This document shows, piece by piece, positions 20,466 to 30,736 of a DNA stretch of 64,000 bases. Origin of the DNA: a virus. The stretch covers positions 12,362 to 76,361 of IMG/VR virus record IMGVR_UViG_3300005340_000038; one strand, given 5' to 3'. Position 1 is the stretch's first letter. Every line of letters starts with the position of its first letter. Below the pieces are notes generated by a model that was not told the DNA's origin, made no database searches, and saw only the letters and a program-made list of their open reading frames with translations. Position numbers and translations under genes: made by a program.

Positions 20466-20545
20466 AAAATAAAAAAGGCCGGAGCACCCCTAATCTGGGG
20501 TATTGCTCCGGCCTGAGTGGGCTAGCCCTGCATGGGAGGGCCGCT
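20466..20545 (-). terminator. Structured leader: small hairpin followed by an intrinsic terminator, upstream of the 20449 gene
   Basis: AGGCCGGAGCAATACC...GCTCCGGCC followed by TTTTTTATTTT on the - strand. Paralogous to 11810-11890. Confidence 0.7.
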
Positions 20546-20634
20546 CTAAGTACCGCGTATTTTGTTTTCTGATGCGTCGAGAGATGTCAACTAATTATGA
20601 CACATTGCGCTTTAAAATGCATCAAATTGCGAAC

Positions 20635-22680
20635 TTATGGCGATACAGTTGCAAGCGCCTGAATGTCCGAATTCGATAGCGACGTGTTATATATCCGCAC
20701 ATCATCAATGAGGCCATCGAATTGCCCCACTGTCGTCGAGACATTCGCGCCGATAATCAGCGAGTTGGTATTCGTAATCGCCTGCGCGGTCGTCGTATTC
20801 GATGCCACGCTAACCCCGTTGACAAATATCGCATGGCCGCTTGAGCTGGCTCTGCACGCGATGTGATACCACTGGTTGGGATTGAAATTGCTTGAGGCAT
20901 AAGTCAGCGTGGCATTCCAAGCCCGGCCCATCCCGCACCGAAGACTATTCTGGTAGAACACGAGGAAATAGCTATTGCTGAAATTCCAATCGCCCTTCAT
21001 CAGAATCGTGTCGCCAAAGCTGGTATTGGTGTCGAGGGTATCCATCTTCACCCATGCCGAGATCGTCATAGCTGTCGAGGGATTCAGCGCGGAGGCATGA
21101 GGAATCTGGGCATAGTCATGTGACCCATCGAGCGATATCGCCTGGCCAATCTTGCCCGTAGTGAATAGCGGGCATCCAAGCAAATCTCCGTTGTAGTTGC
21201 CGAATGCGTCATCTGCCGAATTGTCAAACTCGTATTTAGCGACAGGGGTAGGCACTGAAACCGTAGGCACGGTATCGCCAGCTAATTCATTGAGATAGTT
21301 CTCTAAATTGCTGTAGCCGTTCGAAGCTATTTTGGGGCCATCAAGGTCATTAACAGGGCTATTAGGGTTGAGACCATGCTGTGTTTCCCACGTATCCGGG
21401 ATGCCGTCATTGTCAGAGTCAGCAGGAGCCGCAGCACTTGCGTAGGGAGGGAACTGTACACAGCTCTCAATCGTTATCGGCGGCGGGTTTCCCGTGCCAC
21501 AGATGCCACCCGTGTTATTATTGACGTACCCGAGGACTTTATTATCAATGGGATCGCGCTTAGGCACCGTTGCGCCAGCCCGAGCAATGACTTGGGCTTT
21601 AGAGGCTACAGCAGTGGTCTCAGTAGGAATAACCGGACCACCAGATACACGGTTCGTCGACTGCATCGTGTAGGCCTGTCCCCCGATATCTACCATGGCA
21701 AACTCTGACCCCGTCGATGCATCCGGGCGCCTAACCGTATGCACATTCCCCTTGATGAAATAATCCGATGCTGCCTGGTCCTCTGGCTTGCATTCCCAAC
21801 TGCTAGCATATCCACAGCCGACGGTCAGGATATTGGATGCGCCCCGGTTGAGCCAGTTATATGCAATATCAGCGTGGATAGCATCGTATTCTGCCCAGGC
21901 GTAGATGCACTGCGACTCACACATATAGACCACGTTGTTGATAATCTGCGTGTAATCTGCGCCTACCGTCGGTGTACGCTTGGCGATATTGCTAAACAAA
22001 TTGTGCAAATACGAGGTGTGTATATCCGACGTCTGCCCACCTCCAACCCAACTACCACCTGCCGACCCCGCACCGCCTGCTGAAACCTGTTTGAGCGTCT
22101 CCGAGATAAATGACCACTGGAGCGTACAGTTGATATTGGCTCCGTCGGTTAGCGACGAGCAAGACCAAAAGTCGTCTGTGCTCCAGCCACCCGAGATATG
22201 ATCGAAGATGACATAGTTTATCCCTGGCCCCTGCCCCGCAGAAACCCCGTTGGTATTGTCCGTGATGGGAGACGTTCGTCCAGGCCCCCGTATGCGACAA
22301 TGCCTCACAATGACATTATTTGTGGCCTGAAACCCGAGCGCCCCGCTGACTGGCGGTCCCTTGATCATAATTCCATCGCCCGGTGCTGTCTGGCATGCTA
22401 GCGTCACATTGCTCTTTATGCTACCAATCTGCGAGCTTAGCGTTATCGTCCCGCCAACTGTAAAGATAATCGTGCGCGTACCCGTCTGCTGTAAACAACT
22501 CCGCAAGCTACCCGTACCGCTGTCATTGAGGTTCGTCACTTTACAGACAACACCACCACGACCCCCAGATGCAAACCGGCCAAATCCCTCAGCCGTAGGG
22601 AACGCGAGTTGCTGTGCTTGAGCCGGAACCCATACTGCCAGGAGACATATCGCCAATATTAAGCCAGAAAAATACCGCAT
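20635..22680 (-). CDS. Pectate-lyase (PL1)-like protein with C-terminal LamG domain and signal peptide
   Basis: AFPTAEGFGRFASGGRGG..VTNLNDSGTGSLR..QTAPGDGI, DSDNDGIPDTWE, LamG (TISAWVK..WYHIA..FDGLIDDVRIYN). Confidence 0.85.
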   Translation of the reverse strand: MRYFSGLILAICLLAVWVPAQAQQLAFPTAEGFGRFASGGRGGVVCKVTNLNDSGTGSLRSCLQQTGTRTIIFTVGGTITLSSQIGSIKSNVTLACQTAPGDGIMIKGPPVSGALGFQATNNVIVRHCRIRGPGRTSPITDNTNGVSAGQGPGINYVIFDHISGGWSTDDFWSCSSLTDGANINCTLQWSFISETLKQVSAGGAGSAGGSWVGGGQTSDIHTSYLHNLFSNIAKRTPTVGADYTQIINNVVYMCESQCIYAWAEYDAIHADIAYNWLNRGASNILTVGCGYASSWECKPEDQAASDYFIKGNVHTVRRPDASTGSEFAMVDIGGQAYTMQSTNRVSGGPVIPTETTAVASKAQVIARAGATVPKRDPIDNKVLGYVNNNTGGICGTGNPPPITIESCVQFPPYASAAAPADSDNDGIPDTWETQHGLNPNSPVNDLDGPKIASNGYSNLENYLNELAGDTVPTVSVPTPVAKYEFDNSADDAFGNYNGDLLGCPLFTTGKIGQAISLDGSHDYAQIPHASALNPSTAMTISAWVKMDTLDTNTSFGDTILMKGDWNFSNSYFLVFYQNSLRCGMGRAWNATLTYASSNFNPNQWYHIACRASSSGHAIFVNGVSVASNTTTAQAITNTNSLIIGANVSTTVGQFDGLIDDVRIYNTSLSNSDIQALATVSP

Positions 22681-23184
22681 CTACTCGTCATCCATCTCGT
22701 CGTCGGTTACTGCACTCGGGTCGTATAGCGAGTGCAACCATGCGTTGGGGGCCATTGAGTATACCAAATGCTGCACGAGCGCGTCGCGGCCTGGGAAGCC
22801 CCACTTGCTGCCCCGCCTACGCCTGCGAGCAATCTGCCCTGCCTGCGCTTTCTCGCCCGCCTTGATGACTGTAGGCCCCTCGTTGTTGCCTTTGTAGCGC
22901 AGCCCTCTCAGGGGCCGCATGTAGACCCAATCGATGCCGTAGCGGTCCATCAGGTCATTCATGCGATGCTCACCGATGCGAGCCGTTCTCGCTGCCATGC
23001 GCTTGGTGACATTCGGGTCTGCTGCGAGTTTACGAATGATCTCTACGCGAGGATCAATGGGGCGAGTGGTGTCTACCTCGTCGGGGAGATCATCAAGGTC
23101 ATATTCGCTCGGGTTATAGCCGACATAATCGAGTTGATTCATGCGGATCGAATGCCTCTCAATTCCTGTGCTTCCAAGACTCAT
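22681..23184 (-). CDS. Hypothetical protein, possible HTH
   Basis: Likely start MSLGSTG at 23184; TKRMAARTARIGEHRM segment. Confidence 0.4.
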   Translation of the reverse strand: MSLGSTGIERHSIRMNQLDYVGYNPSEYDLDDLPDEVDTTRPIDPRVEIIRKLAADPNVTKRMAARTARIGEHRMNDLMDRYGIDWVYMRPLRGLRYKGNNEGPTVIKAGEKAQAGQIARRRRRGSKWGFPGRDALVQHLVYSMAPNAWLHSLYDPSAVTDDEMDDE

Positions 23185-23389
23185 GATATTCGTCGTCGTA
23201 GCCCTCGTCATCCCCAGCATGCGCCGCCTCACATGCCTCGCATTCGGCATAGCACAGCGCCACGTATGCCGCTGAGCATAGATAAATCCGGTAGGCATAA
23301 AACGCGATGGCGACCATTGCCCCTGCAACAATGGCACCGATCAGAACATAGGCGAGAGGTGCATAGGCGGTCAGCGTGGCGATGGGCAT
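23159..23389 (-). CDS. Small membrane protein
   Basis: Hydrophobic helix followed by an acidic tail. Confidence 0.4.
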   Translation of the reverse strand: MPIATLTAYAPLAYVLIGAIVAGAMVAIAFYAYRIYLCSAAYVALCYAECEACEAAHAGDDEGYDDEYHESWKHRN

Positions 23390-23550
23390 GGGTTACCCTT
23401 TCGGCGCGGGATAGAGTTGTCGAGCGAGATGCCAGATTGACCACGATTCGCAATCATCACAGCAATCTCGATACCACGGGATACGCGACCATTCATGGCA
23501 GATGATACAGCGCGAGTGCAAAGACTGAACCTCCTACCCAAAAGTATACC

Positions 23551-23916
23551 CTACAACCCCATCTCGTTCGCAAATATGACCGTAAGCCCGCGCTTCTTCG
23601 CCTTCCTCACCATGTCCGCCGTGCCGTTGTTCCCAGGGAACGCAATACATATCGCATCGTCTGAGACGTATGCAGCCATCTCAGTGTTTCGCCTGATCGG
23701 AGCCATCCGGTCGGGGTATTCGCCATAGGTCGGCAGCATCACTTTGACCGGGATGCCCTTGCTCTTAGCCCAGGCGTGCGCGTCTCGGTCAACGCCACGC
23801 GCACCACCATGAACGACCTCGGTGAAGTGATACTTGGCGTGCAAGGCGTTGAGGATCGCTATGCCACGGGGGTCGATAAACTCGTCTCTGCCGCCGCATA
23901 TGATTGCTTGCACCAT
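23551..23916 (-). CDS. SLOG/YspA-like (DUF2493) protein
   Basis: IICGGRD, VVHGGARGVD, APIRRNTEM, IAFPGNNGTADM. Confidence 0.85.
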   Translation of the reverse strand: MVQAIICGGRDEFIDPRGIAILNALHAKYHFTEVVHGGARGVDRDAHAWAKSKGIPVKVMLPTYGEYPDRMAPIRRNTEMAAYVSDDAICIAFPGNNGTADMVRKAKKRGLTVIFANEMGL

Positions 23917-24325
23917 GCCTATACAGCTCCGATGAATGCAATGCATACAGCCGATGGATCCATCTGTTTCTGGCGAAGACATGCCTCTAGCTCGCCTATT
24001 GTTGGCTGCGACGCAACCATTCCATCATCAGTGGCAGCAACCCAAGTATTCTTGGGCAGATGATTACGGTTATCCTGAATCCACAACCATCCGCCAACGC
24101 CTAGATGTGATGCGGCCGTTTTCGTAGCGTCCTGGCGATCATAAGTCACTGTTATAGGCTCCTCACTTCCCTAACGCTCATGGCGGAACTGTGTACGCTT
24201 ACGCTTCTCGACACGTCGATTCGCCGCCCGCAGTTTATCGCCATAGGCACTGCGCCCGTTGGCAATAATATCGAGATACGCTGCCCATCTGATCCTATCT
24301 CTCTGTCTCTTTGTGGCAGCCACAA

Positions 24326-24673
24326 CTAGCCCAAACCAGGAAGACAAGCAACTTTAATAGCGGCTTCATAATTCCTGATTGCATCACATAGAGGACTCTC
24401 TTTCGAGATAGACTTGCTCCTAAGGGCAATGACATCTTCATCAATCTGTGCAATATCTAATGCCATTGCAATATGTAAAAGTTCTGCCAATATGGCAGGC
24501 TGCTCATCGGCATCTTTAATTATCTCTTTTATAGCTCCAATAATTTCATCACGACTACAGCCTCTCGCCATCCTATACATTAGGAGGATTTTGCTAGAAC
24601 CTTCCCAATTCTTATTATGACTCGCATCTAATTCTGATAGCATTCGGTATTTATATTCAACCAAATCAGTCAC
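24326..24673 (-). CDS. Hypothetical protein
   Basis: GGAGG RBS, GTG start. Confidence 0.5.
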   Translation of the reverse strand: MTDLVEYKYRMLSELDASHNKNWEGSSKILLMYRMARGCSRDEIIGAIKEIIKDADEQPAILAELLHIAMALDIAQIDEDVIALRSKSISKESPLCDAIRNYEAAIKVACLPGLG

Positions 24674-24723
24674 TGCCTACCTCCATTCATGTCGGTCTTT
24701 CTGTCGCTTGCTCATTGCCACGG

Positions 24724-25068
24724 CTACTTCGCCCCCCTGCCCTTGCCCCACGCAATCAGCTCTTCCATACCATCGGCGCAGATGTCTAGCAGGTCGGTGC
24801 CGATCTTGCGCCAACGAGTTAGAGCATCTATCTCAGGCTCTGCATGAGCATCCTTGGCTCTACCTTCCTCTTTGCCAGTAGGTAGAGGGTCAATAGAGAG
24901 AATAATTTTCTTATAGGTGTGATTAAAATCTACAGATTTAACAGTACGCCAATGCCTTAGCATATCTCCAAATATAACAATATCATATCCATTCATGTCA
25001 CAAATAAGGTCATTTACAGACTCAGGCTTTGATGCTTTGAACTTCTCTATCATCGTATGCAGAATCAT
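24724..25068 (-). CDS. Hypothetical protein
   Basis: GGGAG RBS; operon context. Confidence 0.5.
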   Translation of the reverse strand: MILHTMIEKFKASKPESVNDLICDMNGYDIVIFGDMLRHWRTVKSVDFNHTYKKIILSIDPLPTGKEEGRAKDAHAEPEIDALTRWRKIGTDLLDICADGMEELIAWGKGRGAK

Positions 25069-25077
25069 ATCAACTCC

Positions 25078-25365
25078 CTATTCCTTAGCTACCCAGATCG
25101 GTAAATCTATATCCTCATCACTCTGCAAATACCCTACTACATACCACTCGCGTCCCTCATCCATCTCGGCCATCAAGAGAGCCGTTCCGTCTTCCAGCCC
25201 CTCTGGTCTCGCTAAACTGAAGCGATAGAACGGCGGCGCGATGTCTTCTGCCCACGCTCTCACGCAGGGCAGTTCCAGAAGAGCATCAAGGCTGCCTATA
25301 ACGTATGGCTCTGGCTGTAGTCCATCAACAAATCCTGGGACATGCGGACGAATCGTGATTGCCAT
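25078..25365 (-). CDS. Hypothetical phage protein
   Basis: Coupled ORF. Confidence 0.55.
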   Translation of the reverse strand: MAITIRPHVPGFVDGLQPEPYVIGSLDALLELPCVRAWAEDIAPPFYRFSLARPEGLEDGTALLMAEMDEGREWYVVGYLQSDEDIDLPIWVAKE

Positions 25366-25575
25366 TTAACCCCCTGTTGTCTCATCTAAATCAAACACAT
25401 CAACCTGCCCATTCCGTCTCAGCCATCGCACGAGATTATCTAGCGGCTGGCCTACGAATCGTCGCGTGATCGGTGCTGTATCGCGTATGACCTCCCTGCC
25501 GCCAACCGACTCTGTGCGGACGTAGACGGCTATCGGCTGACGACGAGGGAGATAGCCAGCAACTTGCAGGCGCAT
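25366..25575 (-). CDS. Hypothetical phage protein
   Basis: Coupled ORF. Confidence 0.5.
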   Translation of the reverse strand: MRLQVAGYLPRRQPIAVYVRTESVGGREVIRDTAPITRRFVGQPLDNLVRWLRRNGQVDVFDLDETTGG

Positions 25576-25578
25576 GGA

Positions 25579-27855
25579 CTACAGAAGACTCATCTGCTTC
25601 ACATTGGCAAGTGCTCGGTCCATGTTCTTCAGAGATGTCTCGACATAGCTAGGTTTTAGCTCATAGCCCACATATCGCCTCTTAAGCTGCAATGCCTTGT
25701 ATCCTGTGCTGCCGATGCCGTTAAATGGGTCCAGTACTAAATCACCAGGGTTAGACCAGAGTTTTATAGCTCTTTCAATCACCCCTAACTGTAATGGGCA
25801 CACGTGTCTTTCGTCATTTACTTCTTTTGCCTCTAGCGTGTTAAGCACATCGGTCTCAGAGATACCACCAGGATAGTGCGCTGTCTTTTTATACCAGACA
25901 GGCGCGGCCCATTCGATCCATTCTTCAGGCGTAATCCAGCCATCCTCGTTCTTGTATCTCTTGGATATGCCCGCTTTTATAGGGGCAGGACTCTCTCCGG
26001 GCTTGCGGAACTGCAAGAGATAATCGGCTAAAGCCATGTGCATGTGCTCGGCATTACTCGCTAGGGTCTTAAAGAGCAACCCCCGATCCTTCGTTCGTAT
26101 AGCCCTCAACTGAGGGTCTTTGTCAATCAAAACCTCACCGTAATATATCCATCCTTCATCTTCCATTATACTAATGACCTTGCCACGGAAGTCTCTAATG
26201 CCCACATGCCCGTCAAGATACTTAAATATTGGCGTCTGGGTAAGGTGGATGCAACAACTTCTGCCTGGCATCATTGCCCTTAGAAGCTTATCTTCGCTCA
26301 CAAGGTAACGGAATTGATCCAGCATTTGCTGCATATTGGTCGTATTACCCATATCGTGAGGCGAGTTAGTGTAAGCATACATCGCGGGGAACGGCGGCGA
26401 GAATACAGCCAGACCTACAGCGTCGTCGTCCATCGTGTCAATTAAGTCAACGCAATCGCCCTGCCGGATCATCCATCCTGGGCCCTCGAATATCTTCGAT
26501 TCCATCTTCATCTCCTCCCGGACAGCGTGAAATTCCAAAGATAGACCGCGCATTTTGCCAATAATCTCGTCAATCATCTGCGTCGATTCGGTCTCTTTTC
26601 GTCTGATATTCTCAAGTACCGCAACTTCTGTATCCGCGCTAAAGATGTGGACATTGACTTTGTGCTGCTGAAAAAATCTATAGAATCGGCGTATCGCTTG
26701 GTAGAGCATTTCATAGGAATCGTTTAATCCTACAAACGCTGTATTGTGGCAGTGCTGCATATTGATGCCGTATCCCGTAATGCTCGGCTTGCTGATCAAG
26801 ATCGGCTTTTCGCCCCGTAGCCACGCAATCAAACGCTCTTCTTTTTGCTCCGGCTTGAGTGACCCATAGATCGAGATGGCTTTATCGCCCAATGCCCGCT
26901 CTAGCGCCCGTTGTTCATCGTCGAGATGACACCATACCGCCCACGGCTCATCGAGGCTCTTGACGACATCCACGCATGCCTCAACGCGCCCAAAGATACT
27001 GGCCCGCTTTGCCCCTAATCGTTCTTGCTGCGTGTGTGCGGCTACGGGCAAAAGCGTATCACGGCTCCGAGGGTCTGTCTTGATCTCGTGCATGTGGTAT
27101 TCAATCTCAGGCAGTATAAGCGGCCCATCGTCGTAGCCGAGATCGCTTGGCTTGCGGAAAGCAACCGCCCACGTTGCTACCCACTTCCAGAAGTCGTCAA
27201 CAGCATGGCGACGCAACCGGAATTTATTCGAGCTATTGCCGTCCTGCTTGAAGAAATTAGCAATCACCTCTTTGTACAGCATCACCCCTAAAAACTCGCT
27301 ATGCATAAGCAATTCAGGCAAGTCATTAGGGGCTGGCGTGGCAGTACAAGCCAACCGATAAGGAATAAAGCTCGCAAACTCCGTTATCTGCCGACGCATC
27401 TTGCCCATGAGGTTTTTGAGTAAACTCGACTCATCCGCAACGATGCCGCCATATAACTCTGGGTCAATATAGTGCATGCGATCATAATTGATGATGTGGA
27501 TCATGGATGTATGATCGCCATCAGCCCGGCAAGCCTCGATGCCGAATTTCTCACCCTCGCGTATCGTCTGGTGCGATACGGCTAGAGGGGCTAGGATAAT
27601 CACTGGCTTACCCGTATGGCGGGCAACCTGATCGGCCCATGCAAGCTGCATCGGCGTCTTCCCGCAACCACAATCTGCAAACACAGCCGCTCGGCCCTTA
27701 AAGACGGCCCATCGCACAACCTTGCGCTGCCAATCAAATAACGCCTGCGGGAACGTGTCCATATCACACTCAAACCCCGCATGGTCAAATGCTAACCGTT
27801 TCGACTCCAAGAATGACTCGTAGTCCATCGCTACCTGTATCGCCATTTGCCTCAC
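25579..27855 (-). CDS. SNF2-type SF2 helicase fused to a beta-class N4-C/N6-A DNA methyltransferase
   Basis: DCGCGKT, ADESS, TATPAPND, GINMQ, QAIRRFYRF; then GDCVD..FSPPF (motif IV)..VLDPFNGIGST (motif I). Confidence 0.9.
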   Translation of the reverse strand: MRQMAIQVAMDYESFLESKRLAFDHAGFECDMDTFPQALFDWQRKVVRWAVFKGRAAVFADCGCGKTPMQLAWADQVARHTGKPVIILAPLAVSHQTIREGEKFGIEACRADGDHTSMIHIINYDRMHYIDPELYGGIVADESSLLKNLMGKMRRQITEFASFIPYRLACTATPAPNDLPELLMHSEFLGVMLYKEVIANFFKQDGNSSNKFRLRRHAVDDFWKWVATWAVAFRKPSDLGYDDGPLILPEIEYHMHEIKTDPRSRDTLLPVAAHTQQERLGAKRASIFGRVEACVDVVKSLDEPWAVWCHLDDEQRALERALGDKAISIYGSLKPEQKEERLIAWLRGEKPILISKPSITGYGINMQHCHNTAFVGLNDSYEMLYQAIRRFYRFFQQHKVNVHIFSADTEVAVLENIRRKETESTQMIDEIIGKMRGLSLEFHAVREEMKMESKIFEGPGWMIRQGDCVDLIDTMDDDAVGLAVFSPPFPAMYAYTNSPHDMGNTTNMQQMLDQFRYLVSEDKLLRAMMPGRSCCIHLTQTPIFKYLDGHVGIRDFRGKVISIMEDEGWIYYGEVLIDKDPQLRAIRTKDRGLLFKTLASNAEHMHMALADYLLQFRKPGESPAPIKAGISKRYKNEDGWITPEEWIEWAAPVWYKKTAHYPGGISETDVLNTLEAKEVNDERHVCPLQLGVIERAIKLWSNPGDLVLDPFNGIGSTGYKALQLKRRYVGYELKPSYVETSLKNMDRALANVKQMSLL

Positions 27856-27869
27856 CCTTCACCATCGCA

Positions 27870-28094
27870 TCACACGTATTGCAGCCCCACCTCGATCAGT
27901 TCCCGTACCGCCTGCGCCTCGCTCACGTGCCCCTCGTGGCCTTCCGCCCGGCGCTCGGCCAAGTACGCTTTAATCTCCGCCCTCATCGCGTCGGGGATGC
28001 GTAGCGTGAAATTATCGCCTACGGTGCAGGGCTTGGGTGGCCTGCCGAGTTTCTTCTTTACCCGAGTCTCAGTCTGATGCTGCATATCGTTCAC
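27870..28094 (-). CDS. Ribbon-helix-helix regulator
   Basis: GRPPK..FTLRIPDAMRAEI..SEAQAVRELIE. Upstream TTGCAT-N16-TATACT on the - strand. Confidence 0.65.
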   Translation of the reverse strand: MNDMQHQTETRVKKKLGRPPKPCTVGDNFTLRIPDAMRAEIKAYLAERRAEGHEGHVSEAQAVRELIEVGLQYV

Positions 28095-28154
28095 GGCTCC
28101 TTTCTGACAGAGTATATCAGCTACGCATATTTATGCAAGCAAAAATATAGTGCT

Positions 28155-28409
28155 CTAGCGATTGAGGTTGTATTTCTCTGAAAAGAACTTATGTGCAGCC
28201 TCTAGGTCTCGCCTTTCCTTGTAATGATTATCCGATGTGTTCCTATGCCACATAGCCAAGTAGGTATATATCCCAGATATACCCTCGCTGATCATGTTCT
28301 CTAGCTCACCTATGCGGACCTGTAACGCCATCACGTCATATTGCAGGCGCATAATGTCAGCGTCAGTGATCTGGCCGTCTGAGTCAGCACCGAGCGGGGG
28401 AATTGGCAT
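28155..28409 (-). CDS. Hypothetical protein
   Basis: AGGAG RBS; coiled-coil-like. Confidence 0.45.
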   Translation of the reverse strand: MPIPPLGADSDGQITDADIMRLQYDVMALQVRIGELENMISEGISGIYTYLAMWHRNTSDNHYKERRDLEAAHKFFSEKYNLNR

Positions 28410-28430
28410 AGTATAGCTCCTGTGTAGTGC

Positions 28431-29000
28431 CTAGCGTGGCCGATCCGGCGGGATATCGCGGTTGCGGCCACGCTCGTATGCTGCTAGCAACTCTTTGGTT
28501 TCTTCGTAAGCTCCGCTTTTTCTTGTGTGATACCTCGGACAGCCGTAAACGTGTCTGTTGCGGGGCCATCTCCCCTCGAATTGCATCTCGACAGCCCCGC
28601 ATCCTGGGCATTGACACCACAAATGCGTGTCGTCCATCTCCTTGCCGGGGTAGAAGTGGAAAGCCCGGTAGGGAGGCACGCCGATACTCGCGCGGCCTGG
28701 TAGACCGTGGATCAAGATGGCATCGCATTCTGTGTAATCAGATAGCATCATTAGCCTGCTAATATAGCTATGAGAGACACCTTCACCATCAGCCAGTGGA
28801 GGCTTGATCTCTATCCAATAGCTCTGGTTAGGAAGCCAGAAATCAGGTAAATACCATATCCCGGCGAGATCATAGCCCTCCATCTCATATTTCCACGGCA
28901 TCCCTAACGCATCGAAGAACATTGCCCATCTGGCTTCGAGACGACTTCTAAAATCATCACCGCCATATCGCGTAGGAATTGGTCTGATCTCATCGCTCAT
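28431..29000 (-). CDS. PD-(D/E)XK nuclease-like protein
   Basis: FRSRLEARWAMFFD..WKYEMEG..YLPDFWL..WIEIKP. Confidence 0.8.
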   Translation of the reverse strand: MSDEIRPIPTRYGGDDFRSRLEARWAMFFDALGMPWKYEMEGYDLAGIWYLPDFWLPNQSYWIEIKPPLADGEGVSHSYISRLMMLSDYTECDAILIHGLPGRASIGVPPYRAFHFYPGKEMDDTHLWCQCPGCGAVEMQFEGRWPRNRHVYGCPRYHTRKSGAYEETKELLAAYERGRNRDIPPDRPR

Positions 29001-30736
29001 GCAATGAAATCCTCATCGCTGTCGCTATAATTTGGCTCTTCGGGTTCGCATGGGCTGAACCGTGCCGAATTGTAGTCGAAAAGTAGCTGTGTCGCGCCAA
29101 TATGGCCGATCTCTGGGAACTTAACCTTTTGCACATGGACTTCTACAACCTTGCTATCACTATCCGTATCACGCCAAACAGTTAGTATGTTAGTACTTTT
29201 GTTTCTAAAGTTCGCACCGCCAGAGAAGTCATATGCTGTAGGTGGAGGGTATTTTCCTGCATACTTTCCAGATTGCGCCTTCTGCAACTTTGTTGGGTGA
29301 GCGATGATCCAGATATGGACACCATGATTCTGGGCGAATCTCCGTATATTCCTGTAATGCTTAGCAACAAACTCTGTCTCAGTCATGCCTTTTTCTCTGG
29401 CGCTATCTATCTCGTTCCAAGGGTCAATCACAAATCCCTTAATCCCCTTGCGGTAAACCTCTATTTTCGCAAGTGAAAGGAGGTAATCGACTGTTGGATC
29501 TTCATCCTCTCCAAGTATCCACGTAAAGCTATCTGCGCTTTCGTAGTAAGCTCTCGCAAGCTCTTGTTGCGACATGCTATAAGGGCCTCCGAAAGGTTTT
29601 CCTGCCCATTGCTGAATGATCGTTGCCGCCATACGATCCTGTGGATGCTCTGGGGAATAAACTAAGAATCGCCATTGATAGGTTTTGGCTAGATGCACCA
29701 TCATGGCAGACATGACGGTTGACTTCATGTGACCGGGGACGCCTCCAATCGTGGTCACTTCTCCCGGCCTAATCGTGTAGAGCTTATCCAGATTTGGCCA
29801 ACCGGTTGATAGCCCGCGAGAGATACCGTTGTTAAACATGTCCCATAGACGCTGCTCGATATCCCTAATCGATGAGAGACCGTTTATAGGCCAGGGCTTA
29901 GCGTCCTCGATACATTCTTTGATCTTTTCAGGGCCATAGGCAACGAGAACGTCGTTGGCGTCTTTGCATCCTTGTGGCCAATCGACAAGCCAACATCGCT
30001 CAGCCCCAAAGCGACGAACAAGTTCCTCAGTCAGCCGACGACCAGGCGTATCGTTATCCCCTGCCATAATGATCTTTTTCATCGGCATGAAAAGCGACTC
30101 GGCTGCGTTGATGAAATCCAGCGCGGCATCATAGTTCTTAGTATCTGGCGGAGGTGCCCCGTTAGGAACAGACGTCACAGAGTCATACCCTGCCAACTCA
30201 ACCGACAATGCGTCAATCTCACCCTCGACGATGATGATGTGATCGCTTGCAAAGCTATCCAGGCGATAGGGGATAAGCTGTGCGCCGGTGTGCATGCAGA
30301 ACTTTTTGTCATGGGTGCGATATTTGACGTTGACAACCTCGCCGTATCGCATGTATGGGAACTGAATCGCCTGCTTTTCTTTCGGGGCCAATGGGAAAGG
30401 GCCATAACTGATGGAATTTTTAGCCAGAATAGATTCAGGTATGCCACGCTTAGCAAACCACTTCACTACGTTCTCAGGCAGTGGTGTCAACCGATAAACG
30501 GGCTTCTTGTGCGATTTTTGAGGTTTCGGCAAGTCGACAAAGCCGTTTGGCCTAGCATCAAGTTTGCCTGTCCACCCACAATTATGGCATCGCCAACACC
30601 CCTCGGCCAGATTGACGGCAAGGTCGGGTTGCCCGGGGTGCGCCCTGACAAGATCGCACCTCGCACATGGCATCTTTTTCCAATCCCCGCCGCCCTTAGC
30701 CTTTGAAATATCAATACCTATGTCGAGCCAATCCAT
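28997..30736 (-). CDS. Primase-helicase (Zn finger + TOPRIM + DnaB/RecA-fold; Twinkle/T7 gp4-like)
   Basis: CARC..CHNC, IIIVEGEIDALS, AGDND, CKDAND, GLSTGW, GVPGHMKST, VIDPWN, IAHPTK, QKVKF. Confidence 0.9.
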   Translation of the reverse strand: MDWLDIGIDISKAKGGGDWKKMPCARCDLVRAHPGQPDLAVNLAEGCWRCHNCGWTGKLDARPNGFVDLPKPQKSHKKPVYRLTPLPENVVKWFAKRGIPESILAKNSISYGPFPLAPKEKQAIQFPYMRYGEVVNVKYRTHDKKFCMHTGAQLIPYRLDSFASDHIIIVEGEIDALSVELAGYDSVTSVPNGAPPPDTKNYDAALDFINAAESLFMPMKKIIMAGDNDTPGRRLTEELVRRFGAERCWLVDWPQGCKDANDVLVAYGPEKIKECIEDAKPWPINGLSSIRDIEQRLWDMFNNGISRGLSTGWPNLDKLYTIRPGEVTTIGGVPGHMKSTVMSAMMVHLAKTYQWRFLVYSPEHPQDRMAATIIQQWAGKPFGGPYSMSQQELARAYYESADSFTWILGEDEDPTVDYLLSLAKIEVYRKGIKGFVIDPWNEIDSAREKGMTETEFVAKHYRNIRRFAQNHGVHIWIIAHPTKLQKAQSGKYAGKYPPPTAYDFSGGANFRNKSTNILTVWRDTDSDSKVVEVHVQKVKFPEIGHIGATQLLFDYNSARFSPCEPEEPNYSDSDEDFIA

